Origin: Hyaloraphidium curvatum SAG 235-1 | Taxonomy: Eukaryota; Fungi; Monoblepharomycota | Assembly (NCBI GenBank): GCA_025558095.1 | Contig: JAIVFI010000015.1 | Coordinates: 1-64,000 of the forward strand | Direction of reading: 5' to 3' | DNA: 64,000 bases | Part shown: in pieces, positions 1 to 13,157 of the stretch | Layout of the letters: every line of letters starts with the position of its first letter | How positions within the stretch are numbered: position 1 is the stretch's first letter | Made by a program: the position numbers and the translations under genes | The notes under the pieces: model-generated | Seen by the model: only the letters and a program-made list of their open reading frames with translations | The model's database searches: none | Told to the model about the DNA's origin: nothing

Positions 1-1285
1 ACGAGCTCCTGTCGTGCAGTTGCGTTAGAGACGAAAGACCGTCACAGCAGGCAGAACACACCTCCACGGACGGGCACAGTGTAGCTCCCATCATCCCCAT
101 CAGCTCTGCCATGATCTCGTCCAGGCCGACCCTGAAGGTCATGCTCAGCGCGGCGCGACCTTCGTGGAGCCGGCGGGCGAAAATCTCCAAGGTGTCGGCC
201 TTGGAGATCATGTTGGATTGCTCGGTGCCGATACGAGGAGGGTGGAAGTCGTCGACCGTTATGATGATCGGATCCTGTGCGACCCGTGGTCAGCGTCTCC
301 CCAACAAGCGAAAGCATGTCCCGTACCGGATCGTCGGTGATGTCCCCTTGAGCGACGCCCTGAGTACGGCAGCGAGATCAAGGCCAAGACCTTCGACGTG
401 GTCCCGAAGAACCGACCTGAGCGAGAGCTCCAGCAGGCGGTCCAACTTGCTGCGCGGCATCCTGGGCCCCCGCTGTGGATTCACCCGGAAAGACCTGAAG
501 AGCGGTGCAAGACTCCGTCAGCAAGGGCGGCCGATTGGGCACCGGCGACGAGCAGACCTGCGGCGTGGGCTGTCCGCTGTCAACGCCCTGCCGAAGGAGT
601 GCCGTCAGCATCGCCATCGACACCACGACGCGTGCGACACGGACCTCGGATCCCTCGAGAACGGGCGGGGCGGCAACCTCGGCTGGCTGCTCCTGGCAGG
701 CGGCTTGATCCTGGTGTTGCTCGACCTGGATGCCCTTGTGTCCGGCGACGGGAAAGCATGAGCGAGGTGAAGGCGTCGAGCGATTACGAGCGAACCTGAA
801 CGAAGCTTCCTGACTGCTGGACGATCTCCATGGGCACGGCAGCATCCTCGTGGAGCTTGCGGTCCTGGAGAAGGAGACCCATGGGAGCGACCGCCGTCGT
901 GGGCGTCGTATCCTGGAGGAAAGTGGCGGTGAGGACCGGCGCCAACGTAGAGCGCCGCAACCCACCTCGGCGACGTCGAACGCCTCCTTGAACGCCCCCG
1001 TGTACCCGACGCGCCCTTGGCCGGCAATGCCGTCGTCCTCGTCCGAGTCGGACGGCACCGACTTGCGCTCCTCCACGTCGTCGTCGTCCGAGTCCGGGTG
1101 CGGCCCGAAGCGGACCTTCTTGCCCCGCGAACCCGATTCCTCCGGCGACGGCGACCGACCGCGCTTGGTCGTGGCTGCCGGCTGGCCCGGGGCAGCGCCG
1201 CCTTGGTCCTCGTTGGGCGGCTGCGGCGGGCGGCGCGGCGTCAGGCGCCTGCGCGGTCCGCGGGCGGGCTGCCGCTCACGTCCAT
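1..1285 (-). CDS. Multi-exon hypothetical protein with acidic low-complexity N-terminus; runs off the left edge
   Basis: ATG GAC at 1285 is followed by intron 1279-1221 (GTGAGC..CTGAC..CAG), exon 1220-966 (PPNEDQGG...AFDVAE), intron 965-913 and further short GT-AG introns. It shares an intron plus flanks with the gene at 9135-10907. Confidence 0.55.
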
Positions 1286-2866
1286 CGTGGATCCGAGCGC
1301 GAAGTAGCGGCGAAAGGGCGGGAGAGGCGGCGTTCGAAGTGGGCCGGGGTGGGAAGAGAAAAAGCTGGTGGGGCGTCGGCGGCAACCGACCGAGTCGATG
1401 GCCAGCTCATCGCCTGCCCTTGCCGCACGATTCCCGCCCCGGGCTGGAGACATCGTGCGATCGGATCGGTCGCCACCAACCAACCAAGCAAGCAATCAAC
1501 GAGATCCAATGATGGATGGATCCGTCGAGCTGGGAATCTAATAAGAGGATGAGCGTCGATTGGAAGGTCGGAGCCCGGAGCTACATCGAGGGCTCCGTTG
1601 CCGTCCCTTCGTTCTCAAGCCCAGCTCCCCGGCGCCATCCAGCACGAGGACAAATGCTGCACGATGCGGACCCCGGCATCCGCGATTCGGTTGCCGGATG
1701 CGCGAGGTGCATGGTCACCGGGTCTGCACGGCGCCGGCGAAAACGGCCGGCGGCGGCGATGGGCCAAGGCTGGGAGCTCATCCCGGCGGAATCGTTTGTT
1801 GTGACCACCGCCGCAGCGACCGCGGGCGCGTGCCGGCGGACGACATGAGCGGAGAGCGCGGCCAGGGTTCAGGTCGCACGGCGGCCGCCGCCCTTGCCCC
1901 GGTCCGCCCGCGTCGTGCGCCTCCGGCCGCGATCGTCGAGCGACGGCAGGCACGCAGGGCAGACGACGGCGGGGCGGCAGGGGCCAGACGGGTCGGAACA
2001 GGGGCCCAGTGGCCGTGGATGAGAAGCGGGAGCTGGACCCTTCAACGGCGCGCGGGGGTCCCACCTCGGTCCGCCCCTGGCGATCTCTCTCAAGGCCCAT
2101 GTGCCACTCCATCTCGAAAACTAGATCGCATCCGCATCGTGCAGCTCGGATTGCTGAAGCCTGAGGGCAGCCGTGGAGCAGGGCGGCCCCCGATTCTATC
2201 GTGGCTGCCTATCCGTCGTGCACCTCGGAACCGTCCAGTCACGTGCTTCCTCGCTTCAGCGAGCTTCGTGAGAACCGCATTGAAGACTGTGCCTCTCCAT
2301 TCCCTTGATGGTGCATCCCGTGGATTCGCGAGCCGCATCGGCCAGGAAGAGGCCCACGCAGTGCCAGTGAGTGAGATGCACGACAAGATCTCTTCAACAG
2401 CTTCACGAAGCGATCAACCATGACGATCGCAGCTCACATGCGGAAATGGCGGACTAGTTTCGGGCGGAAAGGATCGGCGCCCGTGTTTCTCTGGCACGCG
2501 GTGCACATGGTCGATCCTGCATCACGAATCAGAAGAGTCCGACATCCAAAGCCCCTCAGATGTAATTCGTGGATAGCGCTGATGCTCTCGGCCAGTTGCC
2601 AGTAGGCTCGAAAGCCGTGAGCATCGGGGATGGCAAGTCGGAGAGTCAAGAAGATAAACGCCAGGTCATCGCGCCGAATACCGTCAAGTGCTGGCTGCTC
2701 CATCACGGGCAGCTCGTCGGCAGACCGAGTAATGCATTTAGCATCCAATCGGTGGCATCCAGCTCTGGCGAGAGTCCGGTCGAGGGGCGCCAAGGCTCGC
2801 TCGATCCGCACGCGATCCCCATCAGATCTCTATCACAGGCGCTGAGCGCCCCCCAACCCCGATACA

Positions 2867-3997
2867 TCACGTCACGCCATATACATTGAATTCGGGGAAG
2901 AGGGGAGGGGTTAGATGTCCGCCGAGCTGCCGGGTACAGGCTTCCTTGAACCTGTTCATAAGCTGTTGGCAACCCAGTACGCGCCCCCGCTGAACAACGG
3001 CGCGCAGACGGCCGGTCTGGCGGGCCATGAGACCATCGACATCCCAGTCTTTGCCGTCGGATTTGGTGCGCGGGGGAGAGATCTCTCGAGACCAAACACG
3101 GAGTTGTTCGTCCGCCCCGTCGTGCAGGCGGCCGAAGGTCGAGACCGCAAACCAAACGAGGTTGTGCACGGGGGGATCGGGAACGTAGAACTGGGTGGCA
3201 AGGGCCGTCGCCTTCTTCTGAACAGCGCGGCGCAGGAGCGAGGTCTCGTTGCGGGAGTCCGTCGAGCGCGAGGCCGTGACGCTGGGGGTAACAACGGTGA
3301 CGTCGACGAGGTCAGAACGAGCGCCCACGCGGCGGATGACGATGTCGGTCGAGGTTTTCCCGATGTCCAGGGCTCGTGCAAGTGTGGTGTCTTTGGGCAC
3401 GAACCCATTCTCGAGGTAACCACGATGACGACGGTCGACGACCACGCCACGGGAGGCGAGCTTGTCCTTGAGCTCATCCGCCAACGCAGATTCAAGCGCG
3501 TTGTGCCGCGCAACCTTGCCCATTATCGGGCACGTGAAGGCGTGCAGGAAGTCGGCTCCCCGCGGCGCAAGGATGCGTGTGACCTGCCTGCCACTGCCGT
3601 CGTCGACAGTGCACCCGAGCGGGCAGAGCATCTGCGATGGTAGGGCCGAGAGCCAAGGGGCAGGGAGACCGAGGTCGGTACAGATGTTCAGCTGCAACGC
3701 CTCGTCGTCCAGGCCGGTGTCCTTCTCCAAGCACTGCGCACCCAGGCAGGCACCCGAGTGGCCGGCCTTGACGCTAAGCCAAATGGCGCGCTGCTGGGAG
3801 CCCGCGGGAAGGTCCGCCAGAATGGCCTGGTGGATCCAGGCCAGCTGTGCCCGGTACAACTCGTGCTGCAGGCCTTTGACGCCGATGGAATCCATCCACA
3901 GCTCGATGCCCGACGCGGAGAGCGAGGCAAGCACGGGCTCGGCAAGCCCAGCGCCACGGACCGCGGTGAGCGCAAAGTCCAGGTCCCCATCATTCAT
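2867..3997 (-). mobile_element. C-terminal part of a CRE/Cnl1-like non-LTR retrotransposon (CCHC knuckle + restriction-like endonuclease); no RT
   Basis: Open 376-codon frame with RAIWLS..SGACL..LGLP, C-PLG-C..H-AFT-C, RHN, TDIV..DVTV, KK and STFGRL. This is the motif order of RLE-clade LINE C-termini. Confidence 0.75.
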
Positions 3998-4622
3998 TCT
4001 CGTTCCCGTCCGCCCTCCTCCGCGCCCTCGACCCCCGGCCGCGGCGATGGCGGCATCAGCGCTTCTGCAGACGCGGCACGCGCGGCCGCGCCGCCCCGCC
4101 GACCTCCCGGAGCGCCGCCGCGTCGGCCGCTGCGGACTTCGCGCCCTCGATATCCCGCCCGGCGCGACGGACAGCGTGCAGTTCTCCGCGCGCGAAGCGA
4201 CGGACGGCTCGTCGGGCGGGGCGACCCGTCTGTCCGCGTGCTGTTGGGGTCGGCCGTCTCCTCGCGCAGCGTTCTCGTCTCCCCCGGGGACCCCGGGAAG
4301 TGACCCGTTTCGAAGTGCTGGGGACAGGCTGCTGGTCGGGCTCACCCAGCCGCTGCGGCTGGGTAAGTGGGCATCATTGCTTCCCAGGACGCCGTCGGAC
4401 AAGGAGGGGAAGGAGGGAGGGAGGATGGAGGATGCGGGGGAGGCACTACAAGTGGGTCGATCGCTGAAAGTTGCTGAGCGTGGAGGCTCAACCCCATTGC
4501 GCCGGCTCTCGATTTCCTTGAGCTCGGAAATCTCGATGCGGAGGCCTCGTCGAAACCGCCGCCGCTCGACATGCCCCGCGCCGAGCGCGGCCAGCCGCTC
4601 ATCTCCCGCCGGGATCCGCGCC

Positions 4623-4772
4623 GGCACCTGCGACCCGCAACTGTACTCACCCTGCACTCGGTTTGCAAACTCCCCTCCTCGACCCACGACCTCGAGCCCG
4701 TGCCGGTGTTCCGCAGCAAGGCCGCCACCCAGGACCGCGACCCCAAGTTCGGCGACCGGTTCGACCTGGACT
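4623..4772 (+). pseudogene. Possible C2-domain fragment
   Basis: GTCDP followed by (other frame) VCKL..VFRSK...DRDPKFGDRFDL resembles C2 strands; no complete gene. Confidence 0.3.
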
Positions 4773-4901
4773 CAATGGCTGTCCCTCGATGGCTGCCGTT
4801 GCCGTCGTGGTGGTTGCTTCGGTCAGGAGGTCTACCGGGTGGGGGCACGGGTTGGGGGAATAGGCCGCTGCAGGATCTGTTTCGCGCGCCCAAAGCGAAT
4901 C

Positions 4902-7900
4902 TCATTGATTGTCTACAACATCCACGCGCGACCCTCCTTCCCCCGTCGCCGCCTTAGTGTGGTCCTTCTTCCGCAGCGTAACTCGCACGAACGCGTGACG
5001 ACCCGGTGGACCATGTCTTTTGCACCCACCCGATCTCTCCTTTCCCCACTTGCGGGCCGTCTTCACCCAAGACCGTTTACGGAACGCCGTCGCCAAACTG
5101 TCCAGGACCGTTTCTCGCCTTCTTAACGTCGTCGGGCGCGGAATGTGCGGGAAGACGGGATAGAATGATTCGAGGAGACCTTGAAAGCAAATCGCGAAGG
5201 AGCCATCTGGCTGGCCGAGTGTTTGCTCCTTGACCTTGCAACGCTCCTTTCCGTCCTCGCTGCGTACCATGGAGCATTGGTCCGGGTTCTTAACGTGGTC
5301 GAGCACCTCCGTGCACCTGACGACAATGGAGCCGTTGCTGATCCTCGTCACGAACTCGTCAAAGGCGAGGTCCTCTGCACTGAGGTGCTGCGCCTCCTCC
5401 TCGGTCAGCAGGTCGTCCTGATCCCCGACCAGGAGCGCGGGCTCGTTCTCGGCGGCCGGGAGAGGAGCTGCCGGCGGCGCAGCGGCAGGACTGCGTGCCC
5501 GCTCCTTCCCCTTTGCAGACCTGGACGAGGGCCCGGGCGACCCCACGAAAATCTCCTCCTCCAGCTCCGCAACGTTGTCGTCCGCTTCAAGGTCGACCGC
5601 GGTGCTTCCGGCTCCGACGTCCTTTGGGGTCGGGCTCCGCAAGTGAACGCCCGCGGAACTGCCAGAGAGCGCAGAAGCCTCGTCCTCCCACAGGATCTCC
5701 TCCATGAGGTCCTCCAAACTGCTCTCGCCGTCGTGCGTAGCACGGGCCTCTTTCCGTTCCCCGGCGGAAGCCTCCTCGACCGTCTGAGCCTCGTCCGCAG
5801 CGCGCTCGCGGTGCAGCTCCCCTCCCCCGAGGTCTGCGTCCGGCCCGATCCCGGTCTTGCTGCCCGAAAGAAGCAGCTCGTGGCTCGAGGGGAGCGCCGG
5901 CGGTAGAAACGACGGCGCGGGAAGCAGGCTGATGGGCGGCACGGTGGGGTCGAGGGCCAGCGCGGCAACCCCAGTATCCACATCCGCCGGAAGAAACCCG
6001 TCCCCTCCGTTCCCCAGGTTCTCGTGCTCTCCTCCGTCCTCGCTATCCTCATGCTCGGGAGCGGACTCATCGCTCGACGAATCCGTGACCGACGCCGTCC
6101 CCCGATGAAGGGCCTCCGCCGCAGCGCCGCCGGCCCCGTGGCCGTTTCCCGCGCCCAATCGCCCAATGCCGGCGCGGCCCTCCGGCGCCGCGTCGTCCGG
6201 CACAGGATGCACAGCAGTGGCAACAATAACATCCGAGGCCGGCGGCTCGGCCGCGTGCGCCGCGCGGCCTCGGTCGGCATCCACCAAGCCGCGCGAGGCG
6301 GCGACCTCCCCCGGCCCCACATCGGGCTCCGGCGGCGGCACATGCCCAGAATCCCGTGGGTCCGCAGCACCGGAACCCATCCGCGCCTGAGCCATCTGCT
6401 TCCGCGCCGTTTTGAGGCCGTCGCCCTGGTAGATGGCGGCCAGATCCACGCCCTCGAGGTACGGCCCACGGAGGAGCTCCTTCGCGTCAGCGCGGGAAGC
6501 CGGGTTGGGATCGAGTGCGCGCTGGATCCGAGGTGAGCAAAAGGAAGCTAAAGGGAAGAAGAGCGCGTACCTCGAGGAAGTGTTCCAAGTGCGGCGAAGG
6601 CTCACCGCCGTGACGTTTCCGAATTCGCTCCATCAACATTCCCGGCCCCGCGCCTGGCGAATCTGCTGCCACAGAGCCGAAAACGTCGAGAATTCCGAAG
6701 CTCTCCGTAATTTCGAACAAGCGAGGATATTGCGTCTGGGAGGGGGGACCGAATGGCGCCGAGAGGGCAGGTAGGACATGCCGAATGAAGCCACCAGGCG
6801 ACTGGTCCCTAGATCCAGCTAGAAGAGGGGCGTCAGGCGCCGCGAAACGGCAGATTCGTCGGGCCGTACCCCTCCGCGCGCTGTACAGCGCGTCCAGGTC
6901 ATGGACCTTCTCGCGGAGGTACAACTCGGCGACCACGATACCGAGCGCAAGGACGTCCCGCGGGGTCCCGGTGGGCTCTTCGAGGATAACCTCGGGGCCG
7001 GCGTACTCAAGGGTGCCTTGCGCAGGTTGTTGTGCCGGAAGCCGAACGGACACGCCAAGGTCGATGAGGCACAAGAGCATGTTCTCCTTCCCGTCGTCGA
7101 CGGGCTTGAGCATGATGTTTCTGGGGCAGACGGTTAGCCCCAGTAATTTCAGCCGAGGAGTCGAACCTACTCAGGCTTGAAGTCACAGTGCACGATCTTC
7201 TGGTCGTGCAAAAATGCGAGGGCCAGGCACATCTGGACAGTGTAGCTCTGCAGAGCAGATGAGATGAAGCACGATGGCAAGCGATCCGCAATCCACACCT
7301 TGAGCCTCCTTTCCGACTTGGGCCCGTTTTTCCACCTGCGGTGGATCGTCGCTTCCAGGTCGTGCTCGAGCTCTTCAAAAACCATTGACGCCACGTTGCC
7401 CGGGATGGAGCGGAAGTCCGGGCCGCGGCAGGCCCGGAGGTCGACCATAGCGTCAAAGTCCACGTCTTCCAAAGACAAGTTGACCCTGCGGCCCTCGAGC
7501 GGCACGAGGGTCAGGAGCGGCCTGGAACGAGGGGTGAGCAGCGGGCGGCGCGCGACAGCCACGCAGACCCACGGGAGGAAGTTCGGGTGCCCGCGAACGG
7601 CGCGATTCAGGAAGATCTCCGAGAGGGCAAGGACGGCGAAGTTGCCCGCCTCGTCCCCCGCCAGCACGATGTCCTTGGCGACGCAGGACTTTCCGCCTGC
7701 GTTGCAGCCGACCCGCCACACGGCAGTGCCGTTGCCCTTCCCCCGATGCTTCAGGGATTTCACGGTATAACCGTGGTCGATGAACGGGCCGGGCTCAGGC
7801 GGCGCCTCCCCCGCCTGGACCAGCCCGGCCACAGCGGGCTCCGCAGGGGCCTTCTGCGCGCCGCCGGTGCCCACGTGGTTCTGCCCGGCGTCCCCGTTCC

Positions 7901-8012
7901 CCCGATTGCGCTCCCCGCTGGCCGGCTCCGCGGGCTGCTCCGCCGCGGCTTGCGGGGCCCCGACGGGCGGTGCGGGCGCGGGCGGCGCGGGATCCGGCGG
8001 CAGATCGCCCAT
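4902..8012 (-). CDS. Ser/Thr protein kinase, multi-exon, with a long acidic C-terminal extension
   Basis: RGKGNGTAVW, VAKD, HPNF, IVHCDFKPE|N, LIDLG, GTLEYAGPE, DVLALGIV and ALDPNPASRADAKELL (subdomain XI), joined across GT-AG introns. Confidence 0.85.
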
Positions 8013-9134
8013 CGTCCCAGTATCGCGCCGCGGCGCGGGGGCGAGCGGGCAGCGCGGCGGAGCACGAAGGCGGGCAGGTCCGCCGCCGGGCTGACCCGCC
8101 ACACACGCCCCTCGCGCAGACGCCTCGAAACCACGCCGGATTCTAAGCGATCAATCAAGAGAAGGAGCTGCCAGCGGTCCGACTCGGCATCGGCGCCAGG
8201 CAGCAGAACGGAGTGTCGAATCATCGGTCCGGAAGCCCGAAGCGGGCTGGGGTCCGCCCCGTCAGCAGCTTCCCATCACCGCCAGCCGCGCCCGCGGAGC
8301 GCCACGAACGGGACGCTGGGAATCATCGAGCACGGATTTTCCCGTAGTTGTCGATCTACAGCTGTCTGCCGACCGGGATGAGCCTGAGCAGTCCAGCGGG
8401 CAAGCATGGTGCGGATGACCCACCCTATGCCCTCCATCGGCCACATCGGACCGCCGGGCAAATGCCACTGGTGACGGATCATGGCAATTGCGAAGGACTC
8501 GCGGTGTCCGAGCGCCCGTGGTTCAGAAACGCGGTGCGACGGCGGGGTCAGCGTCCCGTCCCTCCTCCGTTTAGCGTTCATGTCGGCGTCGATATCGGCG
8601 CAGGCCCGGCACGCCGAACGCAGCGCATACCGTAGCGGCGCAATCACGGCGGGCGCGAGCCGGATGCGCAACGCGGGCGCCGCCGGAGGTGCGGTCCGGA
8701 GCGCGACGGCGCAGGGACGCCGAGCGGCGGCAAACCGCTCGCGCTCGTCCCGGCGGTGGAAGCGCCCATTATCGGCGTCGGAGGTTCGTGTCGGCGGCCG
8801 CGGGCTTCGGCGAACCCGAGGCGCGATTAGGTCCAGTCGCGAAGTGGCGCAATGAGGGACCGCACCGCGCGGCGGCTCGGTGATGGATACTCGCGGGCGG
8901 TCGCCTCGAAACGCTGTCGATCCGAGAGAGCCTGAACATCAAGAGGAAGCACATCTATGCGGGCAGTCTCTCGTTCTTCATCTTGGATCGCCGGATGAGG
9001 ACCGCGTCCAGGTGGCGATCTCGGACTCGCGGAGAAATCGTGCACGATGGTGGCCAAGGCCTTTTCTCCCCCGATTTTAGGTCGTACATCTGGCATCGCA
9101 TTACGAGAAAGATCATCCGCCCTATTCCCCGCCT

Positions 9135-10907
9135 TCAATCCTCCGTCTCCATCTTCCCCTCGCTCTCCGAGCTCTCCCCGCTACCGCTGCTCGCCTCGCT
9201 ATCGTCGCCGTCACTGCTCGCCTCGCTATCGTCGCTGTCGCTGCTCGATCCGCCCGACTCGTTCCGCTGGCTCTCGTTGGTGACAAAGCTCCCCAAGCTC
9301 GACGAGCGCGACGTGGCGGTCGAGTTGGGCAGGGCAAGCAGCGAGCCTTGCTGAAGCCGCAGGAGGGTGTTGAGCTCGTCGTAGGCCTCCGAGGGGCCAT
9401 TGTCGTCGATCTCGATGGTCTTGAGCCGCGGCAGAAGACGCCTGGGCAGCGTGTGGGCTGGCGCATGCTTCGACCTCCAGTCGCTCACGAGCGTGATGAA
9501 CAGTCGGGCGACCTTGTCCTTGTGGAGCTTGATTAGCTGGAAAGGGGGTTAGCGACGAAGCCTCGGCGGCAGTCGAGGTCACCCACCTCTTCAATGTCCT
9601 TCCCGTCGTTCTCGGCCTCCTCCCTTTCCTTCGTCGTGGCCCACGACACCTTGCGCATCAGGAGCGTGTCAAGATTCTGCAGTGCCGCCTCCTCCTTGCC
9701 GACGACGATGGCGGTGCGAAGCATCTCTTTCACATCCCTGTATCGAAGGCCCGTGTCAATGACGTCCAAGAAAGTAGTGGCACGGAGCTGCCACAGGGCA
9801 TTCTTGAGCACCGGAAATGCCTCGTCGTGGGCGTGACCGTTGTGGAAGTCGAAAGAGACGATCGTATCCCCGAGAAGCGCGACCGTGGAAAGGAGAAGAG
9901 AAGCGGCGTAGGGCCTGTTGGGAAAATCGCCGATAGAAAGCGAAAGCTTCGAAACGTTGATATTTGCCAAAGCCCGAAGAAAGTCGAGATAGTGCTTCTC
10001 GTTCTCAAGGTCCGCAAGAGCCGGGGCACCTCGCATGATGAGCGTGCGAAGAGCGGTGGTCTTTCGGAGCATCGGCGCGTAGTCGAGGCCGAGGGCGGCC
10101 GAAGCCGAGCCGATGTTCCCAACCTCGAGGTGGCGGACCTTGAGGAGGTGGTCGAGAGAAGCAGGAAACCTGGGTGTCACTATCCCGTCCAATGTGAAAG
10201 TGTCCACACCGGCGTCCACGAAAGACTCGAAAATGTTCTTGAGCATCAGCGCAGTCCTTTGTTCCTCCTGAATCTTCTGCTCGCGCTTAAGGTTCTGGCC
10301 GGGAGACTGGACAGGCACGAGCGGGATGCAGGATAGGAACAGAAGGTAGACATGTTGAGAAGGGAGTCAGATCGAGGAAACACCGATAAGCGATGGCGAT
10401 GGGCACCTCCAAGTTTGGGGTGTGCTGCGTCACCATTACTGGCAGCACCTTCCCCTCCGCCGGGTCCAAGCAGGGCCCATTCAGCTTCAGCACCCGGACC
10501 AGCTCCCCGTGAACGCCCAAGAAAGCCTCCAGGGCAGTGAGGTCCCCGATGGAGCGGATCACGCTGATGGGTAAAGTACGATCGGCAGGGTGCGGCTCCG
10601 TGCGCCCGAGGACACGAAAGTTGAGGTCCAGGACCCCCTGCTCGTCGATGAAGAAGCCGCCGCCGCCCGGAGTCGCCTTGGAAGGAAGCCGTCAAGCAGC
10701 GCGCTGAATGGCACGAGTTCACGTACCTCGCCGACGGGGACCGCCACGGGCGCAGGGGCTTCGTTCGACAGCTCCGGTCCTTGCTGTCCTTGAGGAAGAT
10801 CCTGCGGGGCGACAGCCGTGGTGGGCGTCGTCTCCTGGAGGAAAGTGGCGGTGAGGACCGGCGCCAACGTAGAGCGCCGCAACCCACCTCGGCGACGCCG
10901 AACGCCC
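9135..10907 (-). pseudogene. LRR/RNI-like protein gene lacking its 5' exons
   Basis: Spliceable exons with LxxLxL-type repeats (VRHLEV, LRTLIM, LDTLLM, LKTIEI) and a Ser/Asp-rich tail. Homology to the gene at 1-1285 stops near 10907, where a duplicated block begins. Confidence 0.55.
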
Positions 10908-10917
10908 TGAGATGCGC

Positions 10918-12099
10918 GCCCGACGGCGGCGTACACGTCCAGCTTCGACGAGATTGTGCGGAAGGAACCCGTCTACGTCGCCGGCCTCGAATCGCTCCTC
11001 GCCGCGCTCGCGCAAGTCGCGTTCCGGGTCGAGATCCTCAAGGAGGACGCGGAGCTCGGCTTCGCCTCGGCGCTCGCGCAGGTCGAAGAAGCCTGCAAGG
11101 TGCTGGCCGGGTCGGCGTGCAAGGGGAGCTGCCTGCACCTCGACGCGATGGTCGCGGAGCTCCGGCGCGCTTCGGGACCGGGGTGCGTCCTGCTGCTGCT
11201 GGTCGAGCTCCACAGGTACCTCGCGCTGGACCTGCTCCGCAACGCGGGCGACACGTGGGTCATCGCGCAGGCCTTCGCGCTCAAGGTGCGCTTTCGGGTG
11301 CCTCCGCGCATCGCCGGTCGGGGTCTGACGAACCGTGCCCGCGCAGTGGCCTCAATTCGAGATTTACTACCTCGAGTACATCGGCTTGATCCCCCGCCTC
11401 CAGCAGGTCGTCGCCGCCGCCGCCGCTGCCGGGCTCGTGGACACGGTCCCGGGGGTGAACGGCAAAATCAAGGTGCCCATGCTCGAGATGCTGGTCGCGC
11501 CCGAGAGACAGCTCGCGAACTACAAGATGCTCTTCGAGGTGCGTCCGCTCCCCGCGCCCTCCTCCCGCTGGGCTGACACCCGCTGCCACAGCGAATGCTC
11601 AAGGAGCTCCCCTCCATCGACCCGACCCAGGCGGCGCGGTTCAACCTCCTCGCCTTCGACGGTCAGCTCAACTCGTTCCTGCAGAGGGCAAACGCGGCGC
11701 CGGAGACCGGGAAGTGGGGGTTCATGGGCACGTTCGTGGGGTTTCTGGACGGGATGGCGCGGTGGCGGAAGGAGGCGGCGTCCTCGCCCGTCAAGGGGGC
11801 CGGGTTCCCCGCGCCCGCTCCCGCCGGCGCCATGGGGATGCTCTCGACGCTGCTCAGCCCGGGCCAGGTGGGTACACCGGGACATGCGCAGCCGCGGCTC
11901 CGGGGCCCTGATCTCCGTCGTACCCAGAGCAAGAAGCGCAAGCAGCGGGACGAGGATGCGGACGCGGACGAGCACGCGGACGGGGTGAGCGCTACCGATA
12001 CCGCGGGTCGCAAAGCCGCGACGCTGATTGCCCGTCCGCGCGCAGGGATCGCCGAGCAAGAGGAAGCGGGCGGTGATCGGACGGCGCTGGGCCAGGTGA
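10918..12099 (+). pseudogene. 5'-truncated paralog of the DH/RhoGEF-like gene at 26827-28120
   Basis: Highly similar to 26938-28120 including introns; the ATG and first ~37 codons are missing. Confidence 0.8.
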
Positions 12100-12418
12100 T
12101 GCGGACGCGGGCGGGAGGGATCAGCAGAGGAGCGAGGGGGCGTTTCGGCGAGGCTTGATGCGGCTGATGCACGGTCCCCGGCTCGACATTTCCATGTACA
12201 TATTGCACGATACCATGATCTCTCCCAGACGCAAACCGATGGTTTTCGACTCGAGTCGTTTCGAGTCGTTGGACTCGTCGGGACGGAGACGTCAATGTAC
12301 TTGTGCTCGGTTAAGTTAGCGGCGGGAAGCTTTGCGAAAAGAAGAATCACGTTTCGTGCTCCATGCTGTTCTTGGACAAGAGACACCGTTGCATTCAGAC
12401 TGGCCATCCGAGGGATTA

Positions 12419-12514
12419 GTGCTGGTGCGGGACTGCGCTGAGTTCGAGTTCCACTCCCGGCGCGAGTTCCAGGATGCTGTCCAGGCCGACGTTTTCCGGC
12501 GCGTCCAACGGGCC
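12419..12514 (+). pseudogene. Internal fragment of the F-box gene at 28666-29865
   Basis: VLVRDCAEFEFHSRREFQDAVQADVFRRVQRA matches 29020-29115. Confidence 0.85.
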
Positions 12515-12905
12515 GACAGGGCGGGTCCAGCTGGGGGTAAGTGCGCCATGCTGCTGACCCCGCCCGAAACTTCCCACGGCCGCCCGCACCGAATCGCCCT
12601 CGCTCCCCTTTCCGCACCGCGATGCCCGACATTACCCTGCGTTCCGGCCGCACGGTGTCGTTCCTCGACGACGGCGACCCGTCGGGCGCCGTGGTGCTCC
12701 ACGCCCAAGGCGGGCTCTTCTCGTCCGCCTACGCCGAGCTCGCCGGCCCAACCGCACTCTCCCTGCGCGTGCGATTGATCACGCCGGACCGGCCGGGCAG
12801 CAACCGGTCGTCGCCGCAGCCCGGCCGGACGCTGAAGGACTGGGCGGACGACGCGGTCGAGCTGCTGGACACTTTGGGCGTCAAGGGACGGGACCCGTGG
12901 GCGTG
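12515..12905 (+). pseudogene. Upstream region and 5' third of the alpha/beta hydrolase at 31853-32707
   Basis: MPDITLRSGRTVSFLDDGDP...LLDTLGVKG matches ~31747-32131; breaks before GWSMGG. Confidence 0.85.
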
Positions 12906-12908
12906 GAA

Positions 12909-13157
12909 GGAGCTTCCCGAGCCAGCGGTACCCCGGCAGCTCCTTCCATAGAAGCAAGAAAGCGTCAGCGCCGGCATGAACCCGTCCGTCGGAGTCGACG
13001 GCGTGCAGCCGCTTCTTGGCATCCTCCGATCCCACGCCGCACCGCTCCGGCGACGAAGGCTCGCCGACGGCATCCGAAAATCCTACAGCGGAGCCCAGCC
13101 GGGCAGCGATGCGCTGGTAGTGCTCGATTTCCAGGCGGCAGATGGGGCAGCTGCCGT
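12909..13157 (-). pseudogene. Internal fragment of the DCC-family gene at 34525-35022
   Basis: GSCPICRLEIEHYQR...LWKELPGYRWLGKL matches ~34636-34883. Confidence 0.85.

Noticed and set aside
2090-2811. Short lower-GC ORFs (also 28142-28531, 31560-31740, 42519-43058)
   Set aside because: No recognisable motifs. They may be gene relics but cannot be supported without a search.
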